A stretch of 64,000 bases of DNA from Octopus vulgaris (Eukaryota), in assembly GCA_951406725.2 (NCBI GenBank), contig OX597817.1, positions 173,414,001-173,478,000 of the forward strand. Reading direction: 5' to 3'. Position 1 is the first letter of the stretch; every line of letters begins with the position of its first letter. Shown piece after piece: positions 37,349-51,869 of the stretch. The notes beneath the pieces were generated by a model. That model saw nothing but the letters and a program-made list of their open reading frames with translations. It was not told the DNA's origin and did not search any database. The position numbers were made by a program, and so were the translations under genes.

Positions 37349-38172
37349 ACACACATATACATATATACATATTCCTTGGCTGTCACTTGTAACCAAGAAT
37401 GACTTAGTAGCATGAGAAAAAGTTTCTTTTATATAAGGAAAGAAGTTCAAATGTGTTATGCTATTTTCTCGGCTTCCAGACCAAAATTTGCTAGCACAAC
37501 ACCAACAATAGGTATTTCCGAATACTGTTGTTAGTCCTGGTGTAATGGATCTTTCTCTAACTTTTTTCTCTTTTCTTCCTGTTCTTTCATCCACTTTGAC
37601 TCTACAACCTTTCCTCCTTTCATTACAACACTCCACTCTTTTAAGCTAACAAGTTCCTCTCTTTATCTGGCTCATTATCTATGGATTGCAGTGAGTTGAC
37701 ACTAAAGAGCTTTTCTCTCCCTAACAATCTTCATTCAAACATTTGTGGATCAATTCTCAATTCTACAATGTAAATACATGCCAATGGAGTCTGTAACCTC
37801 AGCAGAACCTGGAGCAGAGATGCTGGCATCAAACAGATTGTTAGCTGACTTGTATTATCCATCATGAGTTATCCTAAAATACAACAGTCTTCTTAGTTTG
37901 CAATATAATGTCCAATTCTAAATCCCTTATATCAGTTTTAGTTTTTACCAAAATTACTGGCTTCCACTAAGAAAGGCTGAGTAATGGATGTGTGGTAGTT
38001 TTTAGAATAAGGCTGCAAAAATCTCATTACTTATTTGTGTGTGTGTCTAGCTTGAAAACAATGCCTCAATGAAATATTCATCCGCCTCCAACAAGCATTG
38101 AAAATGGATATAAAATAAAACAAATATGTATGTATGTATGTATATGTGTGCACATATAGATATATATATATT

Positions 38173-38239
<67 letters not shown>

Positions 38240-38261
38240 GCATACATACATATATATATAA

Positions 38262-38490
38262 TACAAAATGGGACAAGAACGCAAAACATCTGGACAGTTA
38301 GGTGATACAAAAATAGGACAACAAAACATCCAGATAGACGATACAAAGAAAACAAGGACAGGTCATTTGAAGTTTTCTTTCCTCAGTCAAGTACCAAATT
38401 ATCTTCGCAATTTTGGTTGATTATACTTGAGATTGCTCCAATCTGGCCAGCCCCAAGGAAAAACGAAGCTAAGAGCATTAGATTCCTTAT
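38262..38490 (-). mobile_element. Possible Penelope-like terminal fragment
   Basis: Abuts (TA)n; T-rich tail on the minus strand and a very degenerate hammerhead-like stem arrangement at about 38402-38460. Confidence 0.3.
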
Positions 38491-38710
38491 TTATTATCCC
38501 TTAGATGGTTGTCTAACCTCTAACTCATATATATGTGTGTGTGTGTGTGTAAACACATATATATGTATATTGTTGACATCATAAGAAATTATAAACTTTT
38601 GAGAGAATGTGAATAATTCTTTTTTGGAACTGGATCTCAAAGTACATGAACCTTTATGTGCTATCATGGTCCCATTCCAAAACAGACACACACACACACA
38701 CACGCATACA

Positions 38711-39759
38711 CAAGGTGCATTCCAGAAGTTTTGAGACTTTTCCAAGAGAAATTTATTAATTTCAAAGAAGTACAAAGCCCTAATCTCCATCAAAGAAGGA
38801 TTCTCTAACTTCAATGTACTTGTAGTTCTCCAGCTTATTCGTGAAGGCCTCATAGAAGTCCTCTAAAGCAGTGGTCTGCAAACTTTTTTCACTTGCAGTA
38901 CACTTATATTCTTTTCAAAATTCGGTGCCACACCTGAACTGAAAATATAACAAAAGTATAGAGGAAAAAATTATATTTAGGTTACATTGTGGTACACCTA
39001 GCATCGTCTTGTGGCACGCCAGTGCATGCCAGCTGCAGAGCACTGATCTAAAGTGAAGATGTCCAAGACCTTTGACACAGCCTCTTTCATCTTTTCCTTC
39101 GATTTGGGGAACAACAAAAAGTCACAAGGAGCAGGGTCTGGATTGCAGAGAGGATGAGGGACATTTTTGATGCTCATCTTTGTCAAGCAGTTGGCTACCA
39201 GGACAGAACTGTGGACTGGTTCGATGTCTTGGTGCAGGTGCTCCGGCCTTTTTTGGTAACATCTTTCTCTGAACTCCCTCAAAACCTCCACAAGGTACTC
39301 TTTGTTGACCACCCAGCCATAAGAGGTTCAGTGAATGTAGAAATGGGGAATCTTGATGATCCCCTGTTTAAAAAAAAAGGGATCATCATGAGCTTCTCAG
39401 TGGACTTGCTTTGCCAGAAGCTCATCTCATACAAATTAATCCATAAGCAGCCTAAAACATTTAATAAGTTTCCATGGCATTTTTAACCGGTTTAACACAA
39501 AACTTTATTTTATAATGAGCTTCCAAATTTTCTTCTCCTCCTGACTGCATTTTGCAAACTAGTCAGCTGTGACAGTCACTGTTTAGTAGATTGTGTTCAA
39601 AGTCCTGTTAGAGATGTCTCCTTCAATCTGGAATTAAAGAAAAATGTTGGCAGGTCAGCTTTTTTGATATTTTGTAATGATATATTAAAATCACAATAAT
39701 CTAAGACAGTTATAACTTCCTCTCCTAAAAAAGTTTCAATACTTCTGGAATACACTTCA
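38711..39759 (-). mobile_element. Degenerate mariner
   Basis: TIRs GTG(C/T)ATTCCAGAAGT.TTGA.ACTTTT; ORF 38998-39312 has HQDIEPVH and PHPLCNPDPAPCDFLLFPK. Confidence 0.8.
38869..39045. mobile_element. hAT MITE nested in the mariner
   Basis: CAGTGGTCTGCA / TGCAGAGCACTG termini; 8-bp flanks CTCTAAAG/ATCTAAAG. Confidence 0.8.
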
Positions 39760-39865
39760 TATATCAACCAGACTGAGATACTCTTATACTTTACAGGTCA
39801 CAATGTGCTTCTATTCTTCCTTTGACTGTACCTTCTCTTCCATTTGAGCAAAAAAATTTTAACTA

Positions 39866-40387
39866 CCGTAAATCCTCGAGTATAATCCGCATTTTTTTCC
39901 CCAAATTTAAAGGTCAAAATCCTTAGTGCATACTCTATATGAGGTTAAAAATGAAAAATATTTTCTAAGCAATGTCCAAGTCTCTATTTGCTGTCTGGCA
40001 ATGTTTATTCAGACACATTTTGGGATATCGGGTGCGAAAATACCTTGAGCTAAGCCTGAAAGCAATGAAGTCATAAAAGAATCATCCATAACTTGCAGTA
40101 AGCAACATTTATTAAAATAAAAGTATTCAGAACACAGAATAACATGTAACAAAAACAATTTGCAAACATATTTACATTCCCATACAACAGTTAAGAACAT
40201 CACCATTATTGTAATAAGCATGCGCAGAAGTGTTTGTTCGACTAGGTGCTGCTGCCTTAATTACACATGACTCAAGTTAGAGAAGGAGTGCATATTATAC
40301 ACAAGGTTTAGGTTTTTCAGAGGTACAGCCCCCTAAAAATCCCCTGCATATTATACTCAAGGGTGGATTATACTCAAAGATTTATGG
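39866..40387. mobile_element. Tc1/mariner-superfamily (Tc2/pogo-like) MITE
   Basis: TA-CCGTAAATCCTCGAGTATAATCC ... GGATTATACTCAAAGATTTATGG-TA. Confidence 0.8.
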
Positions 40388-40459
40388 TATGTCATCTTTC
40401 CATTGTGTTGAAAATCTTCTGAGTGGTCTCTTCCAATTTCTTGTATACCACTCAATGAC

Positions 40460-40710
40460 TGTGGAGGCACATGGCTTAGTAGTTAGGGTGTTGGACTCAT
40501 GATCCTAAGCTTGTGGTTCAGTTCCTGGGATGGGCAACATGTTGTGTTCTTGAGCAAGTGACTTCATTTTATGTTGCTCTAGTTTATTCAGCTGGCAAAA
40601 ATGAGTAACCCTGGAATGGACCAGCATCCCATCCAGGTGGGGAATATATATGTCATGGAAACCAGGAAGCCAGCCCTATGAATCTATATGACTCAGGAAG
40701 AAACTTTACT
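40460..40710 (+). mobile_element. tRNA-derived SINE
   Basis: Head GTGGAGGCACATGGCTTAGT shared with 50404; CTTGAGCAAG and CCCATCCAGG segments. Confidence 0.7.
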
Positions 40711-41605
40711 GTATTTTTGCTACTCAATAACAGCCAATGTCCATCCAGCATCTCTAAGTCTTACAACATAATATCTTGCCCAGCAGAACTTGTGCTCCCA
40801 GTGTTCAGCAATTGCATGGTCTGCTCTATTCTGAAATTACCTCATTTCAAATATGCTCCTGTAACAATATCCATAGCATAGACAATTGCAAATATGTGAC
40901 AGAACATACGTATATGCATATATGATTATATATATTCTGTTATGCAGTTACCATTGTCTATGTGTGAACAGAGATAAATATATTTAGGTAAAGCGAGAGA
41001 GAAGACTGAGAGAGAGAGAGAGAGAGAGAGACTGAGAGAGTCATAGATGAGAGAAGCATAAGTAATGAGTCGATGACAGACAGCAGTTGGGAGAGTGGAA
41101 GTGGAAGAGTGGCAAGAAATCAAACTCTGTTATCCAGACTTTGTCAACTTGACCTGTAGGTTGCCATTAAAAATTATTTATTAAGTGCATGTGTTTGTGT
41201 TTGTGTGGTGTGCAGGGGGGAAGTGGTGTGTGTGTGTGTATATGTGTGTGCACACATTGAAAAGGGTATGTGACACAAAATACACTCATCTCTTCCTTTG
41301 GTTACTTGTGCATGCATGTCTATGTCTACAATCTGCCAATAGTGTGTGTGTGTGTGTGTTTGTGGTTTGTGTGTGTCTATAGTCTGTTACTTGTGCATGT
41401 GTATGTATGTGACATGTATGTCCATGTATAAGTGCTGCAATGCAGCAAGCTCTGGTTCCAAAGGACACTTCACTTCCAGTATTATTTTATACTTTGCCAA
41501 AGTGATACGGCTTTATGACTAAGTTCCATCCATATTTACACATGGAATGAAACAAAATAGCCAAGAAGTTCAAAAAGTGTTCTTGTTAGAGACTCAGACA
41601 TATTA

Positions 41606-42152
41606 TTGGGTTGTCCAGAAAGTTCATGCCAATTTTTAAAGGAAAGAAAAAGCTCAATACTTGCCATTACATTTTTAATCAACCAAATATGAACCATTTT
41701 GTTGCACAATGCATCTCCATCTTTCCTTTAACTTGAACATACCCTCTTCCCAGAATTGAGGTGGTTTCATGGCAAAGAGTTCATCAAGGTATCTTTTTAT
41801 GTCATCCAAGGAATTGAAATTTTTACCATTAAGACTATTCTGCAGAGACCTGAATAAGTGGAAATCCAAAGGAGCAATATCTGGAGGATATGGAGGGTGG
41901 GGTAACACATCCCAGCTGAGCTGCAGCAATTTTTGTCTGGTTCCCAAAGTATCAACTGCCAAAAACGAACTTTCTTATCTTCCATTTTAAAGGGTTACAG
42001 AATTAACACAGGTTATAGGAACATAAATCTTCCATGAAAAGATAGCTTAAACTGTGCTCTAAATGGAGGGGTAGTCAAATCCTATTTTATGTTCTAAAAT
42101 AAGTCGAAAGGTAAGCTTCTATATATCGGCATGAACTTTCTGAACAACCCAA
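41606..42152 (-). mobile_element. Internally deleted mariner
   Basis: TA-TTGGGTTGT(C/T)CAGAAAGTTCATGCC TIRs; the N-terminus MEDKKVRF is joined to the C-terminus PHPPYPPDIAPLDFHLFRSLQN...QNGSY. Confidence 0.9.
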
Positions 42153-43044
42153 TAGATTTGATTACCATTTGTAAAGTGTTTAGACAGTTCATCCCAATCA
42201 GCAGGAATGTTTGCTTTCTTGCTTTATGCTCTTGTTTGATGGGGTTGGGATCATCCCAGGTTTAATGGTTCCAGAGACATTATCATGTGAAGAGCTGAGC
42301 AGGTTCCCCAGCGATCTCCATCACAGGTGGTCCTATGCCAGCTCTTCTGCATCCTCCAAGGCAACATCGAGCCTCTGGTGTCTTTATGTGGGGATGTGCC
42401 TACATAAAGTATGAGGACTTGAATCATTTCACCAACTTCAAACACCAGACAGCTGCATTTATGCTGCATGCAGAGAAGTATGCTTCAAAAGAGGTCAGTT
42501 AAAACAAAAAATGATAGTAATTGAGAATAGCAACAATGACAGAAGCAATTGTCTCATAATCACCTTCAGATCCATGAAGCCTCGTTGCAGGAAACTTGTG
42601 GACTGTCAACTCCTGACAATCTGTAGCTAAAACTTAGAAGATACTTATCTGATGACTGTCATTCATTTCCATGATGCCAGCCTCAACATCACTGTCATTG
42701 CTATCAAGGTTATAGTTTACAGATTGGGTGGAGACTAATTGTATAAATACAGTTTCCTTAGCATAAGTAACTGGTCACAGGTTCAATATAAGCTCTGTTA
42801 TGATCCTATTTCTGCAGATCAAATTTATTGTTGAAAGTGAGACCCAGCTACTTGATCAAAACATAAAAATTCTCTGGCACAGATGATGACCATATTCTGA
42901 ATGTCTTACCAGAACAAGAAAAAGTTTTATGATAATTCTATTGCTAGAATTAAACCAGCTTTCTGATAACTCTGCTGCCTAGAGTTAAACCAGCTTTAAA
43001 TGCATTCAGCAGCCATTGAACTTCATCATTCATCACACAGCATC

Positions 43045-43525
43045 CTATCATCATCATCATCATCCAGTGTTTTAAGTCTGGGTTTTGTCCTTGTTGACAG
43101 GAGTGGCCAGATCTACCTCAATGCCATAGCAACCACCATCATGCCATCTTGCCCAGTTTTGGGCATCCTCATCCTTCTTCAAACCAACCCTCCCAATCTC
43201 CTCCCCCACCTGTCCCCTTCACCTTTTCCTCGGTTTACCTTGCTTTCATGCCCCATTTACCTCAGACGCAATCACCCTCCTCAGAACATGCTCTTCATCT
43301 CTCCTCAATGCATACCCATACCACTTCACTCGATTCACCCTTGCTAACCATTCCACCGATTCCTCCAATCCCAGCATTCCCCTCAAATCCTCACTCCCCC
43401 TCTTATCAAACAGCTTCACCCCACACGTTTCTCTCACCATTGCTCTCTCATTCCTTCTCAAAATCACCATCTCTCTCTCTCTCCCTCAGACACCATGTCT
43501 CACTCCCACACAGCATTGCAGCTCT
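43045..43525 (-). mobile_element. RTE LINE 3' fragment
   Basis: LRRNERAMVR..CGV..RVKWYGYALRR..VLRR in ORF 43246-43470; (GAT)n tail. Confidence 0.8.
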
Positions 43526-45324
43526 CTTATAGAAAAGGAACCAGAGCAGTAGAAATGGGGAAATAGTCAATGAATGCCCAATGTTCCATAAAAATGCTTT
43601 CGATATTTTGGATCAAACTCAAAGGGATATCAGAGGAATAAATTCTCTGTTTGGCAAAGCAGCATAGCCAAAGCAGGAAACTTTTTATCAATACTGCCAA
43701 CCATTCCAAATGAGAAAAGAGCTGACCAAAGGAGAAGCTGCCTTGATATTATCACATTTGTGCCGACATATTATGAAACTTAAGTGGGAAACAAACATGA
43801 GAGCTTACTACCATAGCAAAGACCGGGACAGTTGGTTATGCCATCACCCCATCTCTCTCACCCTCAAATGAGCTTACTCCCCACCCCCACACCGACTGGA
43901 GTGACCATGTGTCTCCTCTACGGCAAGACACCTGTTTCTGTCCCTCTATCACACTCAAACCACCCAACACATGCCAGCATGGAGGCCAAACATTAAATGA
44001 CGATGACGATGATGATGATGATATATATATATACATCAAGACTGATTCCAATCCCAAAATATCTAATAGAATATTTTACATCTCACACTGCTATCTACTA
44101 ACCACTAAACAGAATCCTCCCATTCACCATAGCAAGCTATGGACTTGTTGTATATGTACAAGGTTTTTCCATGAGATAAAGATATATCCCTTATGTCTTG
44201 GCCCTTCCACATGACATAGCTTTTATGTTCACTCTTTATCCATCTCAGTTTCATAGTCACTGTTAAAATTGTATTTTAAATTGACAAAATCCTGACAGAT
44301 TATCTATCTTCTAATATCCACATTTGATGTTTCAATGTTCACCCTAACAACAAGTTCTATTCCAACAAAACTGATGAAGACGGCAGATGTTGCAATAATT
44401 TCTATGCAGCATGCAATCTAATACAAATTGTTGTTTCTCCAACTTATTTTCCACATGTTGATAATAAAAATCCCAATTTGCTTAATCTCTTCCTGACTAT
44501 ATAGCCTAATCTGTATGTTGCAGCTTTGTAATCTCTGCTTGGTAGATTAGATCACTTTTAGGCATGGTTGTTATTTAGATATATAACAAAATGTCTTTTG
44601 ATGTGCTGTTCCATCAGGCTAAGTTCAAGTACTTTAATGCAGATTGGGAAGGATTCTATCCTTTTTTTTCTGGTTGATGCCATACTTGATTATTTTTTCA
44701 GATTAAGGGCACCAAAATTTACATCTCTGATTGCTGACTGGATCTAGGTTGGATCAACAGTCCTGACCTACATAAAATATCAAAAACATTATAGAAAAGA
44801 GAGCCAAACTTCCTAATAGGCACCAGATAAGGAAACAGTAATACGGTTCATCTGAATCACTTGAGATGGAGATAAGTGTAAAATAACAATATATAGTAGT
44901 AGAAGCATACTTAGAAAGTGAAGACTACTCAAAACTTAGAGCTGTATTTAGACAGTGTATCATGCACATGTGTAAAAAAAAACACAGAAAGGAGAGTGAA
45001 GAGGCTCAGAATGAATTCAAGGCGAATAACCAGATTATGCTAGGTAACTAATTTTATTGTAGTGGCAGTAGAGGGCGTTACATGGCTGTGAAGGATTACA
45101 GATTGAAGGTTTGCTCTGACTGAAGGACTATTGTTGATAACAGACCTGTAATCAAAGGAGTATCAGTCAAAAGTGTGATCAGTAATTAATGATTAGTTGT
45201 ATTCTAGTCTTGGAAAGAGTCACCAAGAAGATTTTTAGGGATTTGTCTTCAACTGCAAATAACACTGTTAAGAGTATAAAGCTTCCAATAGAGATTGGTG
45301 GAGATGAATAACTCTAGAAAATAT

Positions 45325-45683
45325 CCTCATCATCATCATCATCATCATCGTTATCATCCTCATCACCATCATCATCATCATAATCACCACCACCGCTACC
45401 ACCGTCATCATTTCATATCAACTCTTACGTGCTTGCATAGGTCAGATAGAATTTGTTGAGGCAGATTTTCTATAGCTGGATGCCCTCCCTATCACCAACC
45501 CTAACCTGTTTCCAAGCAAGATAATATTTCCCCATGGCCAGACATTTTTCATGGGAAACTGAAAATGAACAGCATCACTTGTACGATGGTGATGCTTGTC
45601 ACATGACATGAAGACAAGGGTACACACAAATACACACACGTATACATATACATACATACACACATATATATATGTATACGTAC

Positions 45684-45760
<77 letters not shown>

Positions 45761-45802
45761 CATATATATATATATCTATATATATATATATACATGCATA
45801 TA

Positions 45803-45842
<40 letters not shown>

Positions 45843-45900
45843 AATATACAATGGGCTTCTTTCAGTTTCCAATTACCAAATCTACTCACAAACCTTTGGT
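45325..45900 (-). mobile_element. SINE with RTE-like tail and expanded internal (TA)n
   Basis: Matches the tail of 14725-15012 and the mid-body of 58266-58670 in reverse. Confidence 0.7.
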
Positions 45901-46002
45901 TTTCTGGAGCTTTGGTTATAAAAACACTATATTTTTCTAAATTTGAATACTTATGCAAGGTCACACAAAGAATAACTCCAACATAGAAAAAGGAAGAAAG
46001 GT

Positions 46003-46076
<74 letters not shown>
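46003..46076. repeat. (GA)n microsatellite
   Basis: Directly visible. Confidence 0.95.
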
Positions 46077-46080
<4 letters not shown>

Positions 46081-46756
46081 GAGAAGGTGAGCCACAGATT
46101 ACAGATAAAAATAATAACTGTATGTTGGGTACTTTTATTTAAATATGTCTGAAACACCAAATACACTTGGCAAATGTTATGTAGACATCTTAATTCTTTC
46201 CTGGGAAAAGCCCATTTTAGGACATACTATTTAAGCTGCTATTCTCTTGAAAACTACAACCCTGAAGAAATTTTATGTGGAAGTCACAAGAAGTATTTTG
46301 TAATACTTCCTTATTTCAAGAGCTTAACAGAAACAGTCTATCTTATTTCCTTTGCAATATAACACACAATGATAACATTGTAACCAGATCAACATGACAT
46401 CAGGTTTCCTACTTTTCTCACTTCACAGGTGATATTATATTTCAACTTTAATATTCCTCCTGTAGAGTATTGTAGATGCGAATGGAATTATAATAAAAGA
46501 CTAAGACATTTATAAATGAAAAATAAAATTGCAGAACTCAGAATATATTTATTTCAAACAGTTCTTTCTTTAAATTGCTACATCCTAAGTAGCCAATAAT
46601 GTAAACCATAAGGTATTCTGCTGCCAAATGTAATCCCTACTGAACAGAAGCAAGTACAGTCTCATCTTTCATACAGAATACATTCTAAGATTTTCCACTT
46701 CACATTCAAAACACACACATGCATGCATACATGCAAAACACACACACACACGCATG

Positions 46757-46797
<41 letters not shown>

Positions 46798-47525
46798 CAC
46801 ACACACACACACATGCAAGCTGACACAGACAGGGTCTGTACATGATCACTCAACTTGCAGAAATAGCAACCATTTTCTCCCTCCAATTGCAACCTACCAT
46901 CTTAAAAAAAAAGCGAAAAAAAATGAAAAAAAACACAGACACTTTGGATAATTTAGTCCTAGGTATGGCATGTCTGAATAAAAGCTGGGGTGGTCACGAC
47001 TAGAACAATCTGACCATTGATCTGCTTAAAGTAGGACCGGCTTAAGGGCATTTATATTCAATGGGTCTTTGAAAACAATTATAAATATAATTGATAGACC
47101 ATAAAATTATAAATATCAAAACATGAAGATTACATAATTGTGTGTTTTTCTATTTCATCTTATTTACTAATTTATTTTCCTCTGAATATATTGGAATCTA
47201 TTGGAAGAAACAATGTAAACATTTTATCTTACAAAGATTTATGGAAGTCACATTCAGCCTCCATCAATAACAGTCAAAATCTTTTATTTTTCTTTCTTGA
47301 TATTCTTTTTAAATTTGTTAATGTACAATTAACATCAAAGGAAAAATGACAACAATGTCTGTTTGCCATTTGATATGTCGTCTGTTATTTCCATTTAGCC
47401 GAGTGAGATACTCTCTTCAGTAAATCTTTTCCTATATTTCTGGGCAATGTGTCTATTTATCTCACTACTTTGCACTTTTTCTTTCTCTCATACACTCTCT
47501 CTTTCATACACACACACACACACTT

Positions 47526-47561
<36 letters not shown>

Positions 47562-48059
47562 GTACACACACTCTCTCCCTCTCTCTCTCTCTCCCCTCCT
47601 TTCTCTCTTGAATGATGTAGCAGCATATATTTTCTTGTCACCCCTCACCTTCTCTGTATGTACTTTAGTTAACCCCCTCCTCTCCCTTCATCCAGCAGCC
47701 TCCCACACTCTTTTCATTTCTCTTCTTTTTTCTCTTTCTAAGTTTCTCATTACACACACATCTCCCCCCACACACACACACACACACACACATGCATATA
47801 CACAGACACAGATCAACAGACAGAACTGATTTTCTGTCTGATCTTGTTTTAAATAAAAAAATTTCTGCAATGACCTTGTTTGAACCCCACGAGATGCAAC
47901 GCTTATTTATTCGCAATGTTTTGAATTAATTGTGTTTTATCATTAATTGTGCTTTGAGATTTTGATGATGTGATTGTTTATTATTAGAATGACATTGTGG
48001 GGTAAGTATGACAGACCAGGTCTGTCCAGTTGGAGCATAAAACAAGTAGAATATTTTAT

Positions 48060-48463
48060 ATAATAATAATAATAATAAACATTGTGTACAGTGCTCAGGT
48101 GCACTACAACTCATCTAAAGTGTATATATAATCAGGTGTAGTTTCGGCGGATTTCGGAAAGCATGAGGGCCTTAAAGGATGTAGTGTCATGGCAGTCAAC
48201 AACTGACGCAGGCAGTTTATTCCATGCTTCAGCAACTCTGAGCGTGAAAAAATGTTTCCGAAAGTCATGGGAGCTGTGTTGTTTTCTGACTTTGTAGGCA
48301 TGTCCACGTGTGTTAGACACATGGAGATCAAAAAGGTGTTCAGTGTTGTTGTTGGTGAGGTGGTTGATAACCTTGTGGGTGTTTACCAAGTCTGTCGCCA
48401 GACGCCGGAGCTTCAGTGAATCCATGCCCAGGGAAACAAGGCGCTCAGAATATGGTAGGTGTC
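48060..48463 (-). mobile_element. CR1-like LINE 3' fragment
   Basis: ORF 48132-48425 closely matches the last ~97 aa of the 33720-34880 ORF; same 3' UTR end and (ATT)n tail. Confidence 0.92.
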
Positions 48464-48474
48464 TGTATATAAAA

Positions 48475-49333
48475 CTAGCAGTATCGCCCAGCGTTGCTCG
48501 GGTTTGTAAGGGAAATAACTATATAAGCATTTTTAGAGAGTTATAGCCAAAAAAATAGCAAAAAAATGCATTAAAAATGGAAAAAAAATGATGGTAAATT
48601 TTTTTTTAAATCGTTGACTCATCGTAGACATTTTTAGAGAGTTACTTCCCTTATATAATAGCGAAAAAAATGCATTAAAATGGAAAATACCCAGAAGGGC
48701 TCGATATGAATCACGACTATAAGATACCCGGTTTTGGTTAAACTGCACCGCAAAATGTGGGAGTAGTTAGAAATATAAATCGTAGGAGACAGACACACAA
48801 CTTCACTTTTATATATAAAGACTAGCAGTATCGCCCGGCGTTGCTCGGGTTTGTAAGGGAAATAACTATATAAGCATTTTTAGAGAGTTACTTTCCTTAT
48901 AGATGCCAATTCGGGCTTTCTTAGCCATTTCTGTTTTGGTGTCTTCAAGCCATGAAGTCGTTGTTCTAAAAGAACGCTGGTCTCCTTGACAACGCATTAC
49001 GACGTTGATTTCCTTAAACTCCCTTCCCCACAGCTTCACGGGGGAGGGAAGAAGGGGGGAGAAGCAAACACAGGTGCAGGTGTGACCATGGACGCCAACT
49101 CCGCCGCCATCAACACACGAAAAATTATGCATCAAAATGGAATAAAAAATGATGTTAAATTATTTTTAAAATCGTAGACTCATCGTAGACGCGCGCTAAT
49201 ACTCAGAAGGGCTCGATATGAATCACGACTATAAGATACCCGAATTTGGTTAAACTGCACCGCAAAATGTGGGAGGAGTTAGGAATCTAAATCGTAGGAG
49301 TCAGACACACAACTTGACTTTTATATATAAAGA
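48475..49333 (-). mobile_element. Two head-to-tail non-autonomous Helitrons (48475-48821 and 48822-49333)
   Basis: Each unit has a 5'-TC start, a subterminal hairpin CCCGAGCAACGC(C/T)GGG and a CTAG-3' end; the array is flanked by A and T. Confidence 0.88.
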
Positions 49334-49817
49334 TGTTCATCAGAAGATGCTTATTTAATATGGTATTTTACATTTGTCAGGCTCCGTTGTCTACTTTGGT
49401 ATGGTTTCCATGGCTTGGTACCCTTCCAAATACAAACTACTCTACAGAGTGTACTGGGTGTTTTTACTTAGGTGCAGGCATGGCTATGAGGGTAAGAAGA
49501 TTGCTTCCGAACTGCATGATTTCAGGTTCAATCACACTGTGCAACACTTTGGCCAAGTGTCTTCTGTTAAAAATCTTGGGCCAATCAAAGCCTTCTCAGT
49601 GGATTTGGTCTGCTGAAGTTCTATCATGCATATATGTGTATGTGAAAGTGTTTGTGCTTCCATAATAGTATCTATATATACGCACATGCGTAATTCTTTT
49701 GGGAGAATGGTGGAGCTGGAAGCAAACAAGCTATAAATAAGAACATATAAATTTTGGGTTTAAAACACTGCCCCATGAAACTTGAACCCACATTTCCAGT
49801 GAAGCCCTCAACATTTC

Positions 49818-49875
<58 letters not shown>

Positions 49876-50151
49876 ATGTATGTGTGTGTGTGTATGAAAT
49901 TATGCAGGCTGGAGGAGAAAGTGCTTTCTCCAGCTTCAGAATTTCCAAACCCAAAGGGTCCAACATCAAAAGTAGATAAGATGAAGACAAGGAAAGAACC
50001 TAACGGAACAACAGCCATTGTTCACATAGGGATTTCTCAGCCGGATCCTGTTCTGGATTAATAGGCCAGACTCACGCTTATAGCCACATTGCCTTTGGTG
50101 GCTGAGGAGTCATATGAGGAGTCATCGGGTGAATTGCAAACATTGGTGAAC

Positions 50152-50182
<31 letters not shown>

Positions 50183-50288
50183 CGAAGGTGTTATTGATTG
50201 TCTTTTTGGTTGGATTTTTTTTATCTGTCTACTCACTGAACACTCATGACTCGTCTTCAATGGGAGAGTTCATCATGTGTGTGTGTCT

Positions 50289-50329
<41 letters not shown>

Positions 50330-50403
50330 AGAGTAGCTGAGCTGTCAATAATGACTGAGCTATTATAGGAAAATGTATATGATAAAGGTTACTAATGAGA
50401 GTA

Positions 50404-50690
50404 GTGGAGGCACATGGCCTAGTGGATAGAGCAGTGGACTCGTGGTCGAGGGATCGTGGGTTCGAATCTCAGACCGGGCAATGTGTGTGTTTATGAGCAA
50501 AACACCTGAGCTCCACGCGGCTCCGGCAGAAGGTAATGGCGAACTTCTGCTGACTCTTTCGCCTCAACTTTCTCTCACTCTTTCCTCCTGCAACTTACAG
50601 CTCACCTGTGACAGACCGGTGTCCCGTCCAGGTGGGGAACCTATACGCCTTATGAGCCAGGGATGGCTCGAGAAGGAACAAAAAAAAAAA
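50404..50690 (+). mobile_element. tRNA-derived SINE with poly(A) and target-site duplication (TSD)
   Basis: A box TGGCCTAGTGG, B box GGTTCGAATC, A-tail, and ACTAATGAGAGT at both 50391-50402 and 50691-50702. Confidence 0.92.
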
Positions 50691-51093
50691 ACTAATGAGA
50701 GTGCAAGGTTGCTTATAAAAATGCCAAAATAACAGGAAAATAAGAATATTAAAATTTATCACTCCCCAAATATTATATAGACTTGATTACTTTTATAATG
50801 TACAATATATTATAGTTAATGATTCACATGTTATTCAACTTTATGTTATTTTCTCCACTAAACGCTCAACATAAATTCACAAATGTTGTACATGTATATG
50901 TATCCAAACTTCCAAAATATATGCATATTTACACTTGAGTACATGATCTTACAAACAGGTTATATACATACATTTTCTGAAGGTTATCAAGTAACAACTG
51001 GTTTATTTTATGCAAAATCTGCACATGTGCAACATATTCGACAAATCCCATGCGAAAAATATACATAATAAGTATTATTATTCGCTTTTACAA

Positions 51094-51312
51094 GGTGGTG
51101 AGCTGACAGAATTGTTAGCACACTGGGCTAAATGCTTAGCGGTATTTCATTTGTCTGCACATTCTGAGTTCAATTTCCACCAAGGTCAGTTTTGCCTTTC
51201 ATCCTTTCAGGGTCAATAAAATAAGTACCAGTTGAGCACTGGGGCTGACGTAACTGACTTAGCTCCTTCCCTGAAACTGCTGGCCTTGTACCAAAATTTT
51301 AAACCATCATTA
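51094..51312 (+). mobile_element. Deu-domain-like tRNA SINE
   Basis: Head GGTGGTGAGCTGACAGAA, GAGTTCAA, and TTTGCCTTTCATCCTTTCAGGGTCAATAAAATAAGTACCAG. Confidence 0.75.
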
Positions 51313-51869
51313 TTCACTTTCATGGCAGAAGTTCCTGATTATATTCCTTGTTTAGACATGAAGAGGCACCAACACACCTCAGCTCTTTTAAATTTCAATC
51401 TATAATTTCAAATTATTTTCATTCTTTGTTCTGTTCAATCAAGAAATACATACATGTAAATAGGCCAAAGTTGGATGCATGATACATCTCAAAAAGCAAT
51501 AGTAGAATATATGAAGCAAATGATGTGCATACACACACACTCACACTCACACACACATACACATACATACATCTATCTACATAACAGTCCACTAACTATT
51601 CTACTCTACGTGTGTAAACTGTGGGTATGGCAGTATGATATCCACTATGTATATTTCCTATATAGTATTGGGGAAGTTTCATTTATAAGGACATACTCCC
51701 GCATTTGTCTGAGTGTTGGGTCTTTTGGGGTGCTTGGCTAAGTTGTGGATGCGAAGTTGACTTTTTTTTTTCTTGTATGTAAGCATATGGATATGAAAAT
51801 AAACAGATCAACATACAGACAGATAGGTACGTAGGTTATAAGAACAGACAAGCACAAATAGGCAAATTG

